A stretch of 63,042 bases of DNA, the filler included, from Chiloscyllium plagiosum (lineage: Eukaryota), in the NCBI RefSeq assembly GCF_004010195.1. It is 5 parts of one record of this genome, joined end to end, with 100 filler letters (N's around TTAATTAATTAA, not from the genome) between each part and the next. Parts side by side here need not be neighbours in the genome. Positions count along the whole stretch, not along the records: positions 8,949 to 16,653 come from NC_057716.1; positions 16,754 to 34,356 come from NC_057716.1; 3 more parts are not named here. The stretch is one strand, 5' to 3'. The position numbers and the translations under genes are program-made. The notes below the pieces were generated by a model. That model was given only the letters and a program-made list of their open reading frames with translations. It was not told the DNA's origin and ran no database searches. This document shows positions 12,142 through 25,903 of this stretch, piece by piece. The stretch's first letter is position 1. Each line of letters begins with the position of its first letter.

Positions 12142-12507
12142 CTGCAGTTTGTAAAGCATTCACTTTGCAGTTTGAGCGTTCCCTTCACATATCCCCCGCC
12201 TAATTCACTCTTCCCAAGCTGCAGCTTCCTCCTCATGCTCCACTCCTAGCTCGGTCTCGGTCCAACACTCCAACTTCATCCAGTGACAGAGTACCTCATT
12301 GCAAGAAACACGTTTCCCCTGGCTGGGCAGTTCACAAACAGGGACACAGTCCTCATATAAGGGACCAGCCACTTCCAACTGGGACGATGGGGAAAGGGTC
12401 GGGGGAATTCCGTCATACCAAGGCTGGTGACATGCAGGAATTCCCTGCCCCACGGTCCAGGGGAATCTCAGCTCCTGAGTATATTTGAGACCGAGACTCA
12501 TTGAGAA

Positions 12508-12835
12508 CGGTGGGGCACATTGTCTCAGTGGTTAGCACCACTGCCTCACAGCGTCAGGGACCCGGGTTCAATTCCAGCCTCGGGACACTGTCCTTGTGGA
12601 GTTTGCACAGTGTGGAGTCTCCCTGTGTCTGTGTGGGTCCTCTCAGGATGCTCCAGTTTCCTCCCACAGTCCAAACGTGTTCAGGTTAGGGTGGATTGGC
12701 CATGCTAAATTGCACAGAGGTGTGCAGGCTCGGTGGATAAGCTATGTGAAAAGCAGTGTTATAAGGATATAGTGGGTCTGAGTGGACTTGATGGGCTGAA
12801 TGGCCTGCTTCCACATTGTAGGGATTCATTGATTT
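12508..12835 (+). mobile_element. Diverged HE1-type V-SINE
   Basis: CAGTGGTTAGCACCACTGCCTCACAG...GGTTCAATTCC head and V-domain. Confidence 0.85.
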
Positions 12836-13209
12836 CTAGACATGAAGGGACACAGGGATAGAGCAGGGAAATATTATTGCAGTGAATGATTGTTGAGGGG
12901 CCAAATGGCCAGTTTCTGTCCCTAATTCCTGTGCACTATCCAGTCAGTGTGAACTGCTAGCATTGGAAATCTGAAACAAAAATAGAAAGTGCTGGAGCTT
13001 TCTGGCAGCTTCCGTGGAGAAAGAAACACAAGTTAACGTTTTGGATCCAGTAACCCTTCCTCAGCAACCAGTGGTATCGAGGAAAAGGATTGGCTCATCC
13101 TGTGATGCCCATGTCCCATGAATATATTTTTTAAAAATGGCTTGAATTGTCATGTCTCCTTTTCATGCCTCATCTTTTTCCCAATATTTCAAAACAAAAT
13201 GAAAGAAAC

Positions 13210-13860
13210 ATTAGGTATGCGTTATTTTATTGGTCAGTGCATTGAATATAGGAGTTGGGAGGTCACGTTGCAGCTGTCAGGACATTGGTTAGACCACATT
13301 TTGTAGCACTGTGTGCAGTACTGCCATCGGAAAGATGTTGTGAAACGTGAAAGGATTCAGAAAAGATTTACAAGGATAGTGATGGGATTGGAGGGTTTGA
13401 GCGATAGGGAGAGCCTGAATAGGCTGGGGCTGTTTTCCTTGTTTTCCCTGTTTTCCCTGGAGCGTTGGAGGATGAGGGATGACCTTATAGAAGTTTATAA
13501 AATCATGAGGGGCATGGATAGGATAAATAGACAAAGTCTTTTCCCTGGGGTGGGGAGTCCAGAACTAGAGGGCATAGGTTTAGTGTGAGAGGGGAAAGAT
13601 ATAAAAGAGACCTAAGGGGCAACTTTTTCACACAGAGGGTGGTACGTGTATGGAATGAGCTGCGAGAGGAAGTGGTGGAGGCTGGTACAATTGCAACATT
13701 TAAAAGGCATCTGGATGGGTATATGAATAGGAAGGGTTTGGAGGGATATGGGCCGGGTGCTGGCAAATGGGACTATAATAGGTTAGGATACCTGGTGGGC
13801 ATTGAGGAGTTGGACCAAAGGGTCTGTTTTGGTGCTGGACGACTCTATGACTCTATGACT
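13210..13860 (+). mobile_element. CR1 LINE 3' fragment
   Basis: RLGLFSL...LIEVYKIMRG; FFTQRVVRVWNEL. Confidence 0.92.
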
Positions 13861-14315
13861 GTATGACTGTGTGACTGTATGACTCTATGACTGTATGACA
13901 GTATGACTGTATGACAGTATGACTGTATGACTCTATGACAATATGACTGTATGACTCTGTGACAGTATGACTCTGTGACTGTATGACTGTATGACAGTAT
14001 GACTCTGATTGTATGACAGTGTGACTGTATGACAGTATGACTCTATGACTGTATGACAGTATGACTGTCTGACTGTATGACTCTATGACTGTATGACTCT
14101 ATGACTCTATGACTGTATGACTGTATGGCTCTATGACTGTGTGACTGTATGACTCTATGACTATGACTGTATGACAGTATGACTCTATGACTGTATGACT
14201 GTGTGACTGTATGACTGTATGATTCTATGACTGTATGGCTGACAGTATGACTCTATGATTGTATGACTGTGTGACTGTATGACTCTATGACTGTATGACT
14301 GTGTGACTGTCTGAC
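13843..14315. repeat. 8-bp (TATGACTS)n array continuing the CR1 3' tail
   Basis: Begins exactly at the ctctatgactctatgac terminus of the upstream CR1. Confidence 0.92.
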
Positions 14316-14849
14316 TGAGGTAAAGGTGCAGGGAATCACTCTGGTCACCAAGTCAGACACAGGGACAAACGTGGCTGTGAGCAGGAAGCTGCAGGCTGTT
14401 TTTGACCGATTCAGCGAGTGGAGAACACTGGGACAGCTGGAGCGCAGTGTGGGAAAGTACAAGGTCATCCATTTGTTCAGCTGAGAAAGATCCATCAGAA
14501 TCTTTGCAAATGGTCAGAGCAATGAGCTGAGGTCTAACCCGATCACAGAGCAGACTGAGGGGCTGGCTGATCTCCTCAGGGCTCCACAGGAATGGGAGGA
14601 GGTTACACTCGGCTGAACATGACCAAAATGACTTCAGACTGCAGCACCTGAATCCACACAGACTTCACTGGGTCTGGGAGCACACCGTCATACTGATCCC
14701 TCACCGAGATGACTGGGCAGCCCCAATCCTGTCCAGATGTGATAACATTTATTGCCTTCACATCTACATCTCAGGATAGAGCTTCCAAAAACAGACTTAT
14801 CCGGCAGCCTAACTGGTGTGGGAGCTGGATTAATGGGACATTGGAACTG

Positions 14850-15230
14850 TTTTAACAACAGCCTGTATTTATACAGTGTCTTTTAATGCAGTAAAGCATG
14901 CCAAAGGAGATTAATATGGAAATAGCCGACATGAATCACTGAGCAAAGATACTGGAGTAGATGAGATAGCGTTCAGTCAGGCAGGTAGGTTTGAAGGAGG
15001 GTTGTTTTTGGAGGGACAGAGAGTGAATAGAGAGGTTTCAGGAGGGATTACAGAGGCCAGGACTCAGAGAGAGGAAGGCTCTGCCATCAATGGTGGCACA
15101 TTAAAATGGAGAATGGATAGAGAGCCAGAACTCGAGACATGCAGAGATCTCAGAAAGTCGTGGAGCTGGAGGAGATTCCACAGACAGAGGGGCAAAGTGG
15201 CACAGAGGACATATCAATAACATTGCAAAA
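14850..15230 (-). mobile_element. Old L2-like LINE 3' remnant
   Basis: aacaacagcctgtatttatacagtgtctttt resembles the reverse complement of an L2-type tail; recalled similarity only. Confidence 0.4.
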
Positions 15231-15669
15231 ATGGAAGGATCGCGTGGACGACGGGATCGAGTGGGCAAGGGGATCAAGTGGGTGAGAGGATTGAGTGGCT
15301 GAGGGGATCGAGTCTTGCAACAGACAGACATTATTTGTGGGAGGAGCAGGTAAGGTGCAGACCCTTCCAGACACAGACAGACTGTGGGTGGGGGAGGGGG
15401 GGGGGCGCTTTGGGAGTCTCAGAAAGAGAGGGGGGAGGGAGTTAATGGGAGGAGTTAGTGGGGAGAGGTCTCAGACACAGACACACCGTGGGAGGGGCTC
15501 CTTCAATCAGTTCCAATGGGAGGGGAGGGAGGTAACTGGGTGGCCATTTCTCTCCTCTTTCTTGTAACTAGACACTGATTTAATGTTAAGACTGTAAGTC
15601 CAACCTAAAAACTTTATTTTGATCATGACTATCTGAGAACTTTGGAACTAAAGTTCTTCATTTGATTGA

Positions 15670-16168
15670 CCATAAGACCATACACAGCATTAGGAGTAGG
15701 CCATTCAGCTCATCGAGTCTGATCTGCCATTCAATGTGACCATGGTGGATCTGAACATCCTCAACCCCACTTTCCTGCCGTTTTCCTCTGACCCTCCATT
15801 CCTCAGCCCATCGAGTCTGATCTGCCATTCAATGTGACCATGGTGGATCTGATCATCCTCAACCCCACTTTCCTGCCGTTTTCCTCTGACCCTCCATTCC
15901 TTTCTAAATAAAAATCTGTCTCTCCCTCAGCTTTGAATTTACTGAATGCCCCAGCCTCGACAGCCCTCTGTGGTAAAGAATTCCACAGATTCACTCCCTT
16001 CTGAGAGAGGAAATTCCTCCCCATCTCTGTCTTCAATGGGTGACTCCTTACTCTGAGATGATGTCCCTCTGGCCATAGACTCTCCCACACGGGGAATCAG
16101 CCTCTCCACATCCCCCTCTCAAGGCCACTCAGAAACTTGTACATTTCAATAAGGTCACCTCTCATTCT
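15670..16168 (-). mobile_element. CR1 3' fragment with 98-bp tandem duplication (15706-15803 / 15804-15901)
   Basis: NFLSQKGVNLWNSLPQ motif; duplicated 3' UTR segment. Confidence 0.88.
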
Positions 16169-16512
16169 CTGGGTCAGAATCCTGGAACTCCCTCCCTAAG
16201 GGCATTGTGGGTCAATCTATAGCACATGAACTGCAGCGGTTCAAGAAGGCAGCTCACCCCCACCTTCTCAAGGGGCAACTAGGGACGGGCAGGAAATGCT
16301 GGGTAGAGCGAAAGAAACCCATTTTCCACAAGAGAATAAAGAAGAATTCTTCTAATCTCCAGGAGGAGGTGCTGGATGTCTTGAAATGCATAAAGGTGAT
16401 AGATCCCCAGGACCTGATCAGGTGTACTCTAGAACTCCGTGGGAAGCTAGAGAAGTGATTGCTGGGCCTCTTGCTGAGATATTTGTATCATCGATAGTCA
16501 CAGGTGAGGTGT

Positions 16513-16653
16513 AGCAAAGATGCCCTCCAACGTATCTCGTCCACATCCCGCACCTCTGCCCTCAGACCCCACCCCTCCAACCGTAACAAGGACAGAACGC
16601 CCCTGGTGCTCACTTTCCACCCTACCAACCTTCGCATAAACCAAATCATCCGC
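16513..16653 (+). mobile_element. Penelope-like ORF fragment running into a gap
   Basis: DALQRISSTSRTSAL...KDRTPLVLTFHPTNLRI, homologous to the PLE at 41 kb. Confidence 0.8.
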
Positions 16654-16753
16654 NNNNNNNNNNNNNNNNNNNNNNNNNNNNNNNNNNNNNNNNNNNNTTA
16701 ATTAATTAANNNNNNNNNNNNNNNNNNNNNNNNNNNNNNNNNNNNNNNNNNNN

Positions 16754-17040
16754 ATAGGTTTAGGGTGAGAGGGGAAAGATATAAAAGAGACATAAGAGGC
16801 AACGTTTTCACACAGAGGTTGGTGTGTGTATGGAATGAGCTGCCAGAGGATGTGGTGGAGGCTGGTACAATTGCAACATTTAAGATGCATTTGGATGGGT
16901 ATATGAATAGGAAGGGTTTGGAGGGATATGGGCCGGGTGCTGGCAGGTGGGACTAGATTGGGTTGGGATATCTGGTCGGCATGGACGGGTTGGACCGAAG
17001 GGTCTGTTTCCATGCTGTACATCCCTATGACTCAATGACT
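16754..17040 (+). mobile_element. CR1 3' end
   Basis: NVFTQRLVCVWNELPE; same subfamily as 13570-13860. Confidence 0.9.
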
Positions 17041-17797
17041 CCGAGTCCAGGTCCAGTCCACTCAACCTGTCCCTCCTAGCCCTGTACCAGCTGTATACCC
17101 TTCCTTTGAACTGGTTCGAGTGCTAATATATTCCATTCCATTAGGGATTCTGTATTACTGTGCGAGTCACACCAGCACAGCTTTCCTTGGTTACAGTGAA
17201 ACAGTTCTGCTTAATTGATATCAACAAAAATAAGGTTTTTCTGATCTACGCTGACGTAGGAGTGAGGGGAAACTACAACTGAGGATCTGTATTCTATTGA
17301 GTTAAAGTATGCCCAAGGAGTTCAGGCCATGACCTGGGAAATCCAAGACATTCTGAGGATTCTGGACAGCCATGTGCAGGAGAGTTTCTGGATGTTGTTT
17401 CCAGATGATGTTTCAGGAAATATTTCCAGATGGTGTTTCCAGGAGGTGCATCCGGAAGGTGTTTCCGGGAGGTGTTTCCGGATGGTGTTTCTGCGCGGTG
17501 TTTCCGGGCGGTGTTTCCGGGCGGTGTTTCCGGGAGGTGTTTCCAGACGATGTTTCTGGACAGTGTTTCCGGGCGGTGTTTCCGGGCGGTGTTTCCGGAC
17601 GGTGTTTCCGGGCGGTGTTTATGGACGGTGTTTCCGGGCAGTGTTTCCTGGAGGTGTTTCCGGACGATGTTTCCGGGCGGTGTTTCCGGACGGTGTTTCT
17701 GGGCGGTGTTTCCGGACGGTGTTTCCAGGAGGTGTTTCCAGACGATGTTTCCGGAGAGTGTTTCCGGACGGTGTTTCTGGACAGTGTTTCCAGGAGG

Positions 17798-19872
17798 CAC
17801 AAAGAACAAAGAAAATTTACAGCCCAGGATAGGCCCTTCGGCCCTCCAGCCCTGAGCCGATCCAAATCCACTGTCTAAACCTGTCGCCCAATTCCTAAGC
17901 ATCTACTCCCCACCTACTCATGCATCTGTCCAGATGCATCTTAACTAAATCTACCGTGCCTGCCTCTAACACCTCTGCTGGCAACGCGTTCCAAACGCCC
18001 ACCACCCTCTGTGTGAAGTATTTGCCTCGTGTAGCCCCCTTAAACTTTCCACCTCTCACCTTGAAAGCGTGACCTCTCATTACTGAATCCTTCACCCTGG
18101 GAAAAAGCTTGTCTCTATCCACCCTGTGTATACCCTTCATGATTTTGTAAACCTTAATCAGGTCCCCCCTCAATCTCCTTTTTTCTAGTGAAAATAATCC
18201 TAACCTACTCAACCTCTCTTCATAGCTAGCACCTTCCATACCAGGCAACATCCTCGTAAACCTTCTCTGCACCCTCTCCAAAGCGTCCACATCCTTTTGG
18301 TAATGTGACGCCCAGAACCGTACTCAGTATTCTAAATGCGGCCGAACCAATGTCTTGTACAATGTTACCATGACTTGCCAGCTCTTATACTCAATACCCC
18401 GTCCGATGAAGGCAAGCATACCATATGCCTTCTTGACCACTCTATCCACCTGTGCAGCAACCTTCAGGGTACAATGGACCTGCACTCCCAGATCTCTCTG
18501 CCCATCATCTTTTCCCAAGGCTCTTCCATTCATTGCATAATTCGCTCTAGAATTAGTCGTGCCTAAATGCATCACCTCANNNNNNNNNNNNNNNNNNNNN
18601 NNNNNNNNNNNNNNNNNNNNNNNNNNNNNNNNNNNNNNNNNNNNNNNNNNNNNNNNNNNNNNNNNNNNNNNNNNNNNNNNNNNNNNNNNNNNNNNNNNNN
18701 NNNNNNNNNNNNNNNNNNNNNNNNNNNNNNNNNNNNNNNNNNNNNNNNNNNNNNNNNNNNNNNNNNNNNNNNNNNNNNNNNNNNNNNNNNNNNNNNNNNN
18801 NNNNNNNNNNNNNNNNNNNNNNNNNNNNNNNNNNNNNNNNNNNNNNNNNNNNNNNNNNNNNNNNNNNNNNNNNNNNNNNNNNNNNNNNNNNNNNNNNNNN
18901 NNNNNNNNNNNNNNNNNNNNNNNNNNNNNNNNNNNNNNNNNNNNNNNNNNNNNNNNNNNNNNNNNNNNNNNNNNNNNNNNNNNNNNNNNNNNNNNNNNNN
19001 NNNNNNNNNNNNNNNNNNNNNNNNNNNNNNNNNNNNNNNNNNNNNNNNNNNNNNNNNNNNNNNNNNNNNNNNNNNNNNNNNNNNNNNNNNNNNNNNNNNN
19101 NNNNNNNNNNNNNNNNNNNNNNNNNNNNNNNNNNNNNNNNNNNNNNNNNNNNNNNNNNNNNNNNNNNNNNNNNNNNNNNNNNNNNNNNNNNNNNNNNNNN
19201 NNNNNNNNNNNNNNNNNNNNNNNNNNNNNNNNNNNNNNNNNNNNNNNNNNNNNNNNNNNNNNNNNNNNNNNNNNNNNNNNNNNNNNNNNNNNNNNNNNNN
19301 NNNNNNATATGAATAAAATGCTTTGGGATTCTCCTTAATTCTGCTCGCTAAAGCTATTTCATGACCCCTTTTAGCCCGCTTGATTCCTCGTTTAAGACTT
19401 GTCCTACTCTCCCGATATTCCTCCAGGGCCCGTTCTGTTCTTAGCTGCCTGGACCTTATGTACACTTCCCTTTTCCTCTTGGCCAGTCGTACAATTTCTC
19501 CTGTTGTCCACGGTTCACGAATTTGCCTTTCCTATCCTTTGCCTTCAACGGGACATGCCTATCCTGCACTATCTTTAACCTATCTTTGAAAGCCTCCCAC
19601 ATATCAAATATGGACTTCCCTTTAAATAGCTGTCTCCTGTCTAATTTTGGTATAACTGGCCTTGGCCCAGTTTAGTACTCTTCCCTTAGGACCACTCTCT
19701 TCTTTGTCTAAGCATTTTCTAAAACTTACAGAATTGTGGTCACTGTTCCCAAAGAAATCCCCCACTGCAACTTCTACCACCTGTCCTGGCTCGTTCCCCA
19801 GCACCAGGTCCAATACGGCCCCTTCCCTCGTCAGACTATTGACATACTGCTCTAGAAAACTCTCCTGGACGC
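17798..19872 (-). mobile_element. Relatively well-preserved CR1 inserted into the 13-bp satellite, spanning a gap
   Basis: Long open ORF2 pieces: DLVLGNEPG...NSDHNSV, KENPKAFYSY, LVRPHLEY, LERVQRRFTRMLPG. Confidence 0.92.
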
Positions 19873-22800
19873 TTCCGGATGGTGTTTCTGGATGATGTTT
19901 CCAGACGGTTTTTCCAGGAGGTGTTTCTGGGAGGCGTTTCCGGACATTGTTTCTGTATGGTGTTTCAGGACGATGTTTCCAGATGGTGTTTCTGGACGGT
20001 GTTTCCAGGAGATGTTTCCGGACAGTGTTTCCAGAAGATGTTTTCAGGAGGTATTTCCGTATGGTGTTTACAGACGTGTTTCCGGACAGTGTTTCTTGAC
20101 GGTGTTTCTAGGCGGTGTTTCTGGGAGATGTTTCCAGACAGTGTTTCTGGGAGGTGTTTCTGGACAGCGTTTCCGATCGGTGTTTCTGGATGGTGTTTCA
20201 GGATGGTGTTTCCAGACACTGTTTCTGGGCTGTACTTCCGGATGGTGTTTCCAGGAGATGTTTCCGGACAGTGTTTCCAGGAGGTGTTTTTGGACTGTTA
20301 GTGGGAGATGTTTCTGAAAAGTATTTCTAGAGGGTGATTCCAAGAGGAGTTACTGGACACTGTTTCCGGTCAGTGTTTCCGGACGCTGTTTCTGGATGGT
20401 GCTTCTGAACAGTCTTTCCCGGAGGTATTTCCATGAGGTGTTTCTGGACGGTGTTTCCGGATGGTGATTCCAGACAGTGTTTCCTTCCAGTGTTTCTGGA
20501 CAGTGTTTCCAGATGGTGTTTCTGGGATGTGTTTCCGGGTGGTGTTTTCAGATGCTGTTTCTGGGATGTGTTTCCGGGTGGTGTTTCCAGATGGTCTGGG
20601 ATGTGTTTCCGGGTGGTGTTTCCAGATGGTGTTTCTGGGATGTGTTTCCGGGTGGTGTTTTCAGATGCTGTTTCTGGGAGGTTTTTCTGGACACTGTTTC
20701 CGAACCGAGTTTCCAGGAGGCATTTCCAGACAATGATTCCGGTCAGTGTTTCCGGACGCTGTTTCTGGATGGTGCTTCTGAACAGTCTTTCCCGGAGGTA
20801 TTTCCATGAGGTGTTTCTGGACGGTGTTTCCGGATGGTGATTCCAGACAGTGTTTCCTTCCAGTGTTTCTGGACGGTGATTCCAGACAGTGTTTCCTTCC
20901 GGTGTTTCTGGACAGTGTTTCCAGACGGTGTTTCCGGACAATGTTTCCAGGAGGTGTTTCCAGACAGTATTTCCAGATGATGTTTGCAAACGGTGTTTCC
21001 GGACAATGTTTCCAAATGATGTTTCTGGATGGTGTTTCTGGGAGGTGTTTCCTGATGGTGTTTCTGGACACTGTTTCTGGATGGTGGTTCCGGATAATGT
21101 TTCTAGATGGTGTTTCTGGGAGGTTTATCTGGACGGTGTTTCCGGGGGGTGTTTCAGGATGGTGTTTCAGGATGGTGCCAGGTGGTGTTTCTGGATGGTG
21201 TTTCTGGACAGTGTTTCCGGGAGATGTTTCTGGTCAGTGCTTCCGGATGGTGTTTCCAGAAAGTTTTTACGGACACTGCTTCTGGATGGTCTTTCCGGAT
21301 GGTGTTTCTGGATGGTGTTTCAGATTGATTTTCTGGATGGTGTTTCTGGATGGTTTTTCCTGGAGGTGTTTTTGGAAGGTGTTTCCGGATTGGGTTTCTG
21401 GATGGTGTTTCTGGGAGGTGCTTCCGGACAGTGTTTCCCGACAGTGTTTCCAGATGGCGTTTCCAGGTGGTGTTTCTGGATGGTGTTTCTGGACAGTGTT
21501 TCCGGGAGATGTTTCTGGTCAGTGCTTCCGGATGGTGTTTCCAGAAAGTTTTTACGGACACTGCTTCTGGATGGTCTTTCCGGATGGTGTTTCTGGATGG
21601 TGTTTCCAGACGTGTTTCTGGATGGTGTTTCTGGATGGTGTTTCTGGACGGTATTTCCGGACAGTGTTTCTGGATGGTGTTTCCAGACAGTGTTTCTGAA
21701 CAGTGTTTCCAGGAGCTGTTTTCAGGAGGTGTTTCTGTACCGTGATTCCGGATGCTGTTTCCAGGATGTTTTTCCAGATGGTGTTCTGAGCAGTGTTTCC
21801 AGGGGGTGTTTCTGGATGATGTCTCCATACAGTGTTTCAGGGAGGTGTTTCTGGGAGGTGTTTCCGGATGGTGTTTCCGGACGTGTTTCTGCACAGTGTT
21901 TCCGGACAGTATTTCCGAACAGCGTTTCTGGGAGGTGTTTCCAGACAGTGTTTTTGGACGGTGTTTCTGGACGGTGTTTCCGAATGGTGTTTCTGCATGG
22001 TATTTCCTGATGGAGTTTCCAGACAGTGCTTCCAGGAGGTGTTTCCGGACAGTGTTTCTGGACGGTGTTTCTGGGAGGTGTTTCCGGACGGTGTTTCTTG
22101 GGGGTGTTTCTGGACAGTATTTCCAGATGGTGTTTCCAGGAGGCTTATCCAGACACTGTTTCTGAATGGTGTTTCTGGGAGGATTTTCCGGACGGTGCTT
22201 TCAGGAGGTGTTTCTGGATGGTGTTTCCAGGAGGCTTTTCCAGACGATGTCTCCAGACAGTGTTTTGGGGAGATGTTTCTGGATGGTATTTCTGGACGGT
22301 GATTCCGGATGGTGTTTCCGAATGGTGTTTCTCGACAGTGTTTCCAGATGGTGTTTCTGGGTGATGTTTCCAGGCAGTGTTTCCGGATGGTGTTCCCAGA
22401 TGGTGTTTCCAGGTGGTGTTTCTGAATGGTGTTTCTGAATGGTGTTTCCGGACAGTGTCCAGGAAATGTTTCTGGTCAATGTTTCCGGATGGTGTTTCCA
22501 GGAGGTTTTTCCGGACGGTGTTTTTGGGACGTATTTCTGTATGGTGTTTCCAGACACTGTTTCTGTATGCTGTTTCTGGGATCTTTTTCCGGATGGTGTT
22601 TCCGAGAGGCGTTTCCGGACAATGTCTCCAGACAGTGTTTTGGGGAGATGTTTCTGGGTGATGTTTCCGGATGGTGTTTCCGGATGTGTTTCTGGACGGT
22701 GTTTTTGGACGGTATTTCTGGACAGTGTTTCTGGGAGGTGTTTCCAGACAGTGTTTTCGGATGGTGTTTCTGGATGGTGATTCCAGATGGTGTTTCCGAA

Positions 22801-24616
22801 TGGTGTTTCCCAACAGTGTTTCCAGATGGCGTTTCCAGGTGGCGTTTCGGAACGATGTTTTCGGACAGTGTTTCCAGACAGTGTTTCCAGATGATGTTTC
22901 CAGGTGGCGTTTCTGAATGGTGTTTCTGGACAATGTTTCCGGGAAATGTTTCTGGTCAGTGTTTTCAGATGGTGTTTCCAGGAGGTTTTTCCAGACGGTG
23001 TTTCCAAACGATTTATCTGGGAGGTGCTTTTGGACGGTGTTTCCAGGTGATGTTTCCGGACGGTGTTTCCAGATGGTGTTTCCGGATGGTGTTTCCAGGT
23101 GGTGTTTCCGGACGGTGTTTTCAGGAGGTATATCCGTATGGTGTTTCCGGGAGGTTTTTCCGAACAGTGTTTCCAAACGGTTTTTCCAGGATTGTTTCTG
23201 TACGGTGTTTCTGGGTGGTATTGCTGGTAGGTGTTTCCAGACTGTTTATCCCGGAGGTGTTTCTGGACGGTGTTTCTGGGAGGTATTTCCAGGCTGTTTA
23301 TCTGAGAGGTGTTTCCTGGAGGCGTTTCTGAACAGTGTTTCCGGGTGTTTTTTTTCTGGGAGGTGTTTCTGGACAGTGTTTCCGGACAGTGTTTCCAAAT
23401 GCTGTTTCCAAATGGTGTTTCCAGGGGGTGTTTCTGGACGATGTCTCCAGACAGTGTTTTGGGGAGGTGTTTCTGGGAGGTGTTTCCGGATGGTGTTTCC
23501 GGACGTGTTTCTGGGAGGTGTTTCCAGACAGTGTTTTTGGACGATGTTTCTGCACGGTGATTCCGCACGGTGTTTCCAGATGGTGTTTCTGAACAGCGCT
23601 CCCGGGAGGTGTTTCCGGGCGGTGTTTCTGGGTGGTGTTTCTGGGCGGTGTTTCTGGGAGGTATTTCCGGACGGTGTTTCCGGGAGGTGTTTCCGGGCGG
23701 TGTTTCCGGGAGGTGTTTCCAGACGGTGTTTCTGGATGGTTTTTCCAGGCATTGTTTCCGGGAAGTATTTCCAGGAGGTATTTCCGGATGGTGGTTCTGA
23801 ATGGTTTTTCCAGATGTTGTTTCCGGGAGGTGTTTCTAGACTGTTTCTCTGGGATTTGTTTCTGGGTGGCGCTTCCGGATGGTGTTTTTAGGAGGTGTTT
23901 CTGTATGGCATTTCCAGACAGCGTTTCCAGGTGTTTTTTATGGGAAGTGTTTCTGGACGGCGTTTCTAGACACTGTTTCTTGATGCTGTTTCGGGATGTT
24001 TTTCTGGACGGTGTTTACGGACAGTGTTTCCGGGAGGTTTTTCTGGACACTGTTTCCGAATGGTGTTTCAAGGAGATGTTTCTGGGAGGTGTTTCCGGAC
24101 GGTGTTTCTGGACAGTGTTTCTGGATGGTGTTTCTGGATGGTGTTTCTGGGAGATGTTTCCGGACGGTGTTTCTGGACAGTGTTTCCGGATGGTGTTTCT
24201 GGATGGTTTTTCCGGATGGTGTTTCTGGATGGTGTTTCTGGGAGGTGTTTCCGGACGGTGTTTCTGGACGGTGTTTCCGGATGGTGTTTCTGGGAGGTGT
24301 TTCCGGACGGTGTTTCCGGGAGATGTTTCCGGACGGTGTTTCTGGATGGTTTTTTCGGATGTTGTTTATGGACGGTCTTTAAGAACAATCAATAAGATCA
24401 TGGACTCAGCTCCACTTCCCCACCCTCTCACCGTATCCCTTAATTCCTTCATTGTTCAAAAGATTATCTACCTTACCTTTAAAAGCATTTACTAACGAAA
24501 GCTCAACCATTTCCCTGGGCAGGGAATTCCAAAGATTCACAACCGTCTGGGTGAAGAAGATCCTTCTCAATTCAGTCCGAAACCTGCTCCCCGTAATTTT
24601 GAGGCAATGCCCTTGT

Positions 24617-24872
24617 TTTTAGATTAGATTAGATTACAGTGTAAAAACAGGCCCTTCGGCCCAACAAGTCCACACCGACCAGCCGAAGCGAAACCCACCC
24701 ATACCCCTACATTTACCCCTTACCTAACACTAGGGGCAATTTAGCATGGCCAATTCACCTGACCCTGCACATCTTTTTGGACTGTGGGAGGAAACCGGAG
24801 CACCCGGAGGAAACCCACGCAGACACGGGGAGAACGTGCAAACTCCACACAGTCAGTCGCCTGAGGCGGGAA
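24617..24872 (-). mobile_element. 5'-truncated HE1-type SINE with TTGT target duplication
   Basis: (TAGAT)n tail; TTGT at 24613-24616 and 24873-24876; the uninterrupted homologous site is visible at about 39850. Confidence 0.88.
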
Positions 24873-25715
24873 TTGTGTCCTAGTTTCACCCACCAGTGGA
24901 AATATCCTCTCTGCTTCTATCTTATCAATTCCCTTGCAGCTGTAACATAACCCTCCCCCCCACCCACCGCTTTTTAACTCAATCCTTTTAGAAATGAAGG
25001 ACAAAATTCCATTTGCCTTCCCAATTACCTGTTGTACCTGCAGACCAACCTTCTGTGATTCATGCACAAGGACACCCAGGTCCCTCTGCACAGCAGCATG
25101 GTGCAATATTTTACCATTCAAGTAATAATCCTTTTACTGTTATTCCGACCAAAATGGATGGCTTCACATTTACTAACGTTGTAGTCCATCTGCCAGACCT
25201 TTGCTCACTCACTCAATGTATCTATGTCCCTCTGCAAAGTTTCTCAGTCCTCTGCACACTTTGCTCTGTCACTCATCTTAGTGTCATCTGCAAACTTTGA
25301 CACCCTACACATGGTCCCCAACTCCAAATCATCAATATAAATTTTAAATAATTGTGGTCCCAACACCGATCCCTGCGGCACACCACTCATCACTGATCAC
25401 CAATCAGAAAAGCACTCTTTAATCTCCACTCTTTGCTTCCTGTCTGTCAACCAATCCTCTACCCACGCTAATACTCTCCCCCTAACACCATGCACCCTTA
25501 TCTTATATAGCAGCCTCATGTGCGACACCTTGTGGAAGGCCTTTTGGAAATCTAGGTACACTGTCCACCTGGTCCCCACTGTCCACCTTGCTTGAAATGT
25601 CTTTGTTGAATTCCAAAGATTTGTTAAGTATGACCTGCCCTTCATGAACCCATGCTGCGTCTGCCCAACGGGACAGTTTCTATCAAGATGCCTTGCTATC
25701 TTTTCCACCGATATA

Positions 25716-25903
25716 TAGATTACGTTACAGTGTGGAAACAGGCCCTTCGGCCCAACGAGTCCACACCGACCTGCCGAAGCGCAACCCACCCATGCCCCTA
25801 CATTTACTCCTTACCTAACACTAGGGGCAATTTAGCGTGGCCAATTCACCTTACCTTCACATCTTTGGACTGTGGGAGGAAACCGGAGCACCCGGAGGAA
25901 AAC
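25716..25903 (-). mobile_element. HE1-type SINE 3' fragment
   Basis: Matches the reverse complement of about 5430-5620. Confidence 0.88.

Noticed and set aside
18559..19465. Long ORFs containing X runs (also at 27.6, 29, 53.6 and 57.7 kb)
   Set aside because: They read through N gaps
17294..24495. Dozens of overlapping ORFs (VFPDGVSG / KHRPETPSGN)
   Set aside because: 13-bp satellite read in all frames
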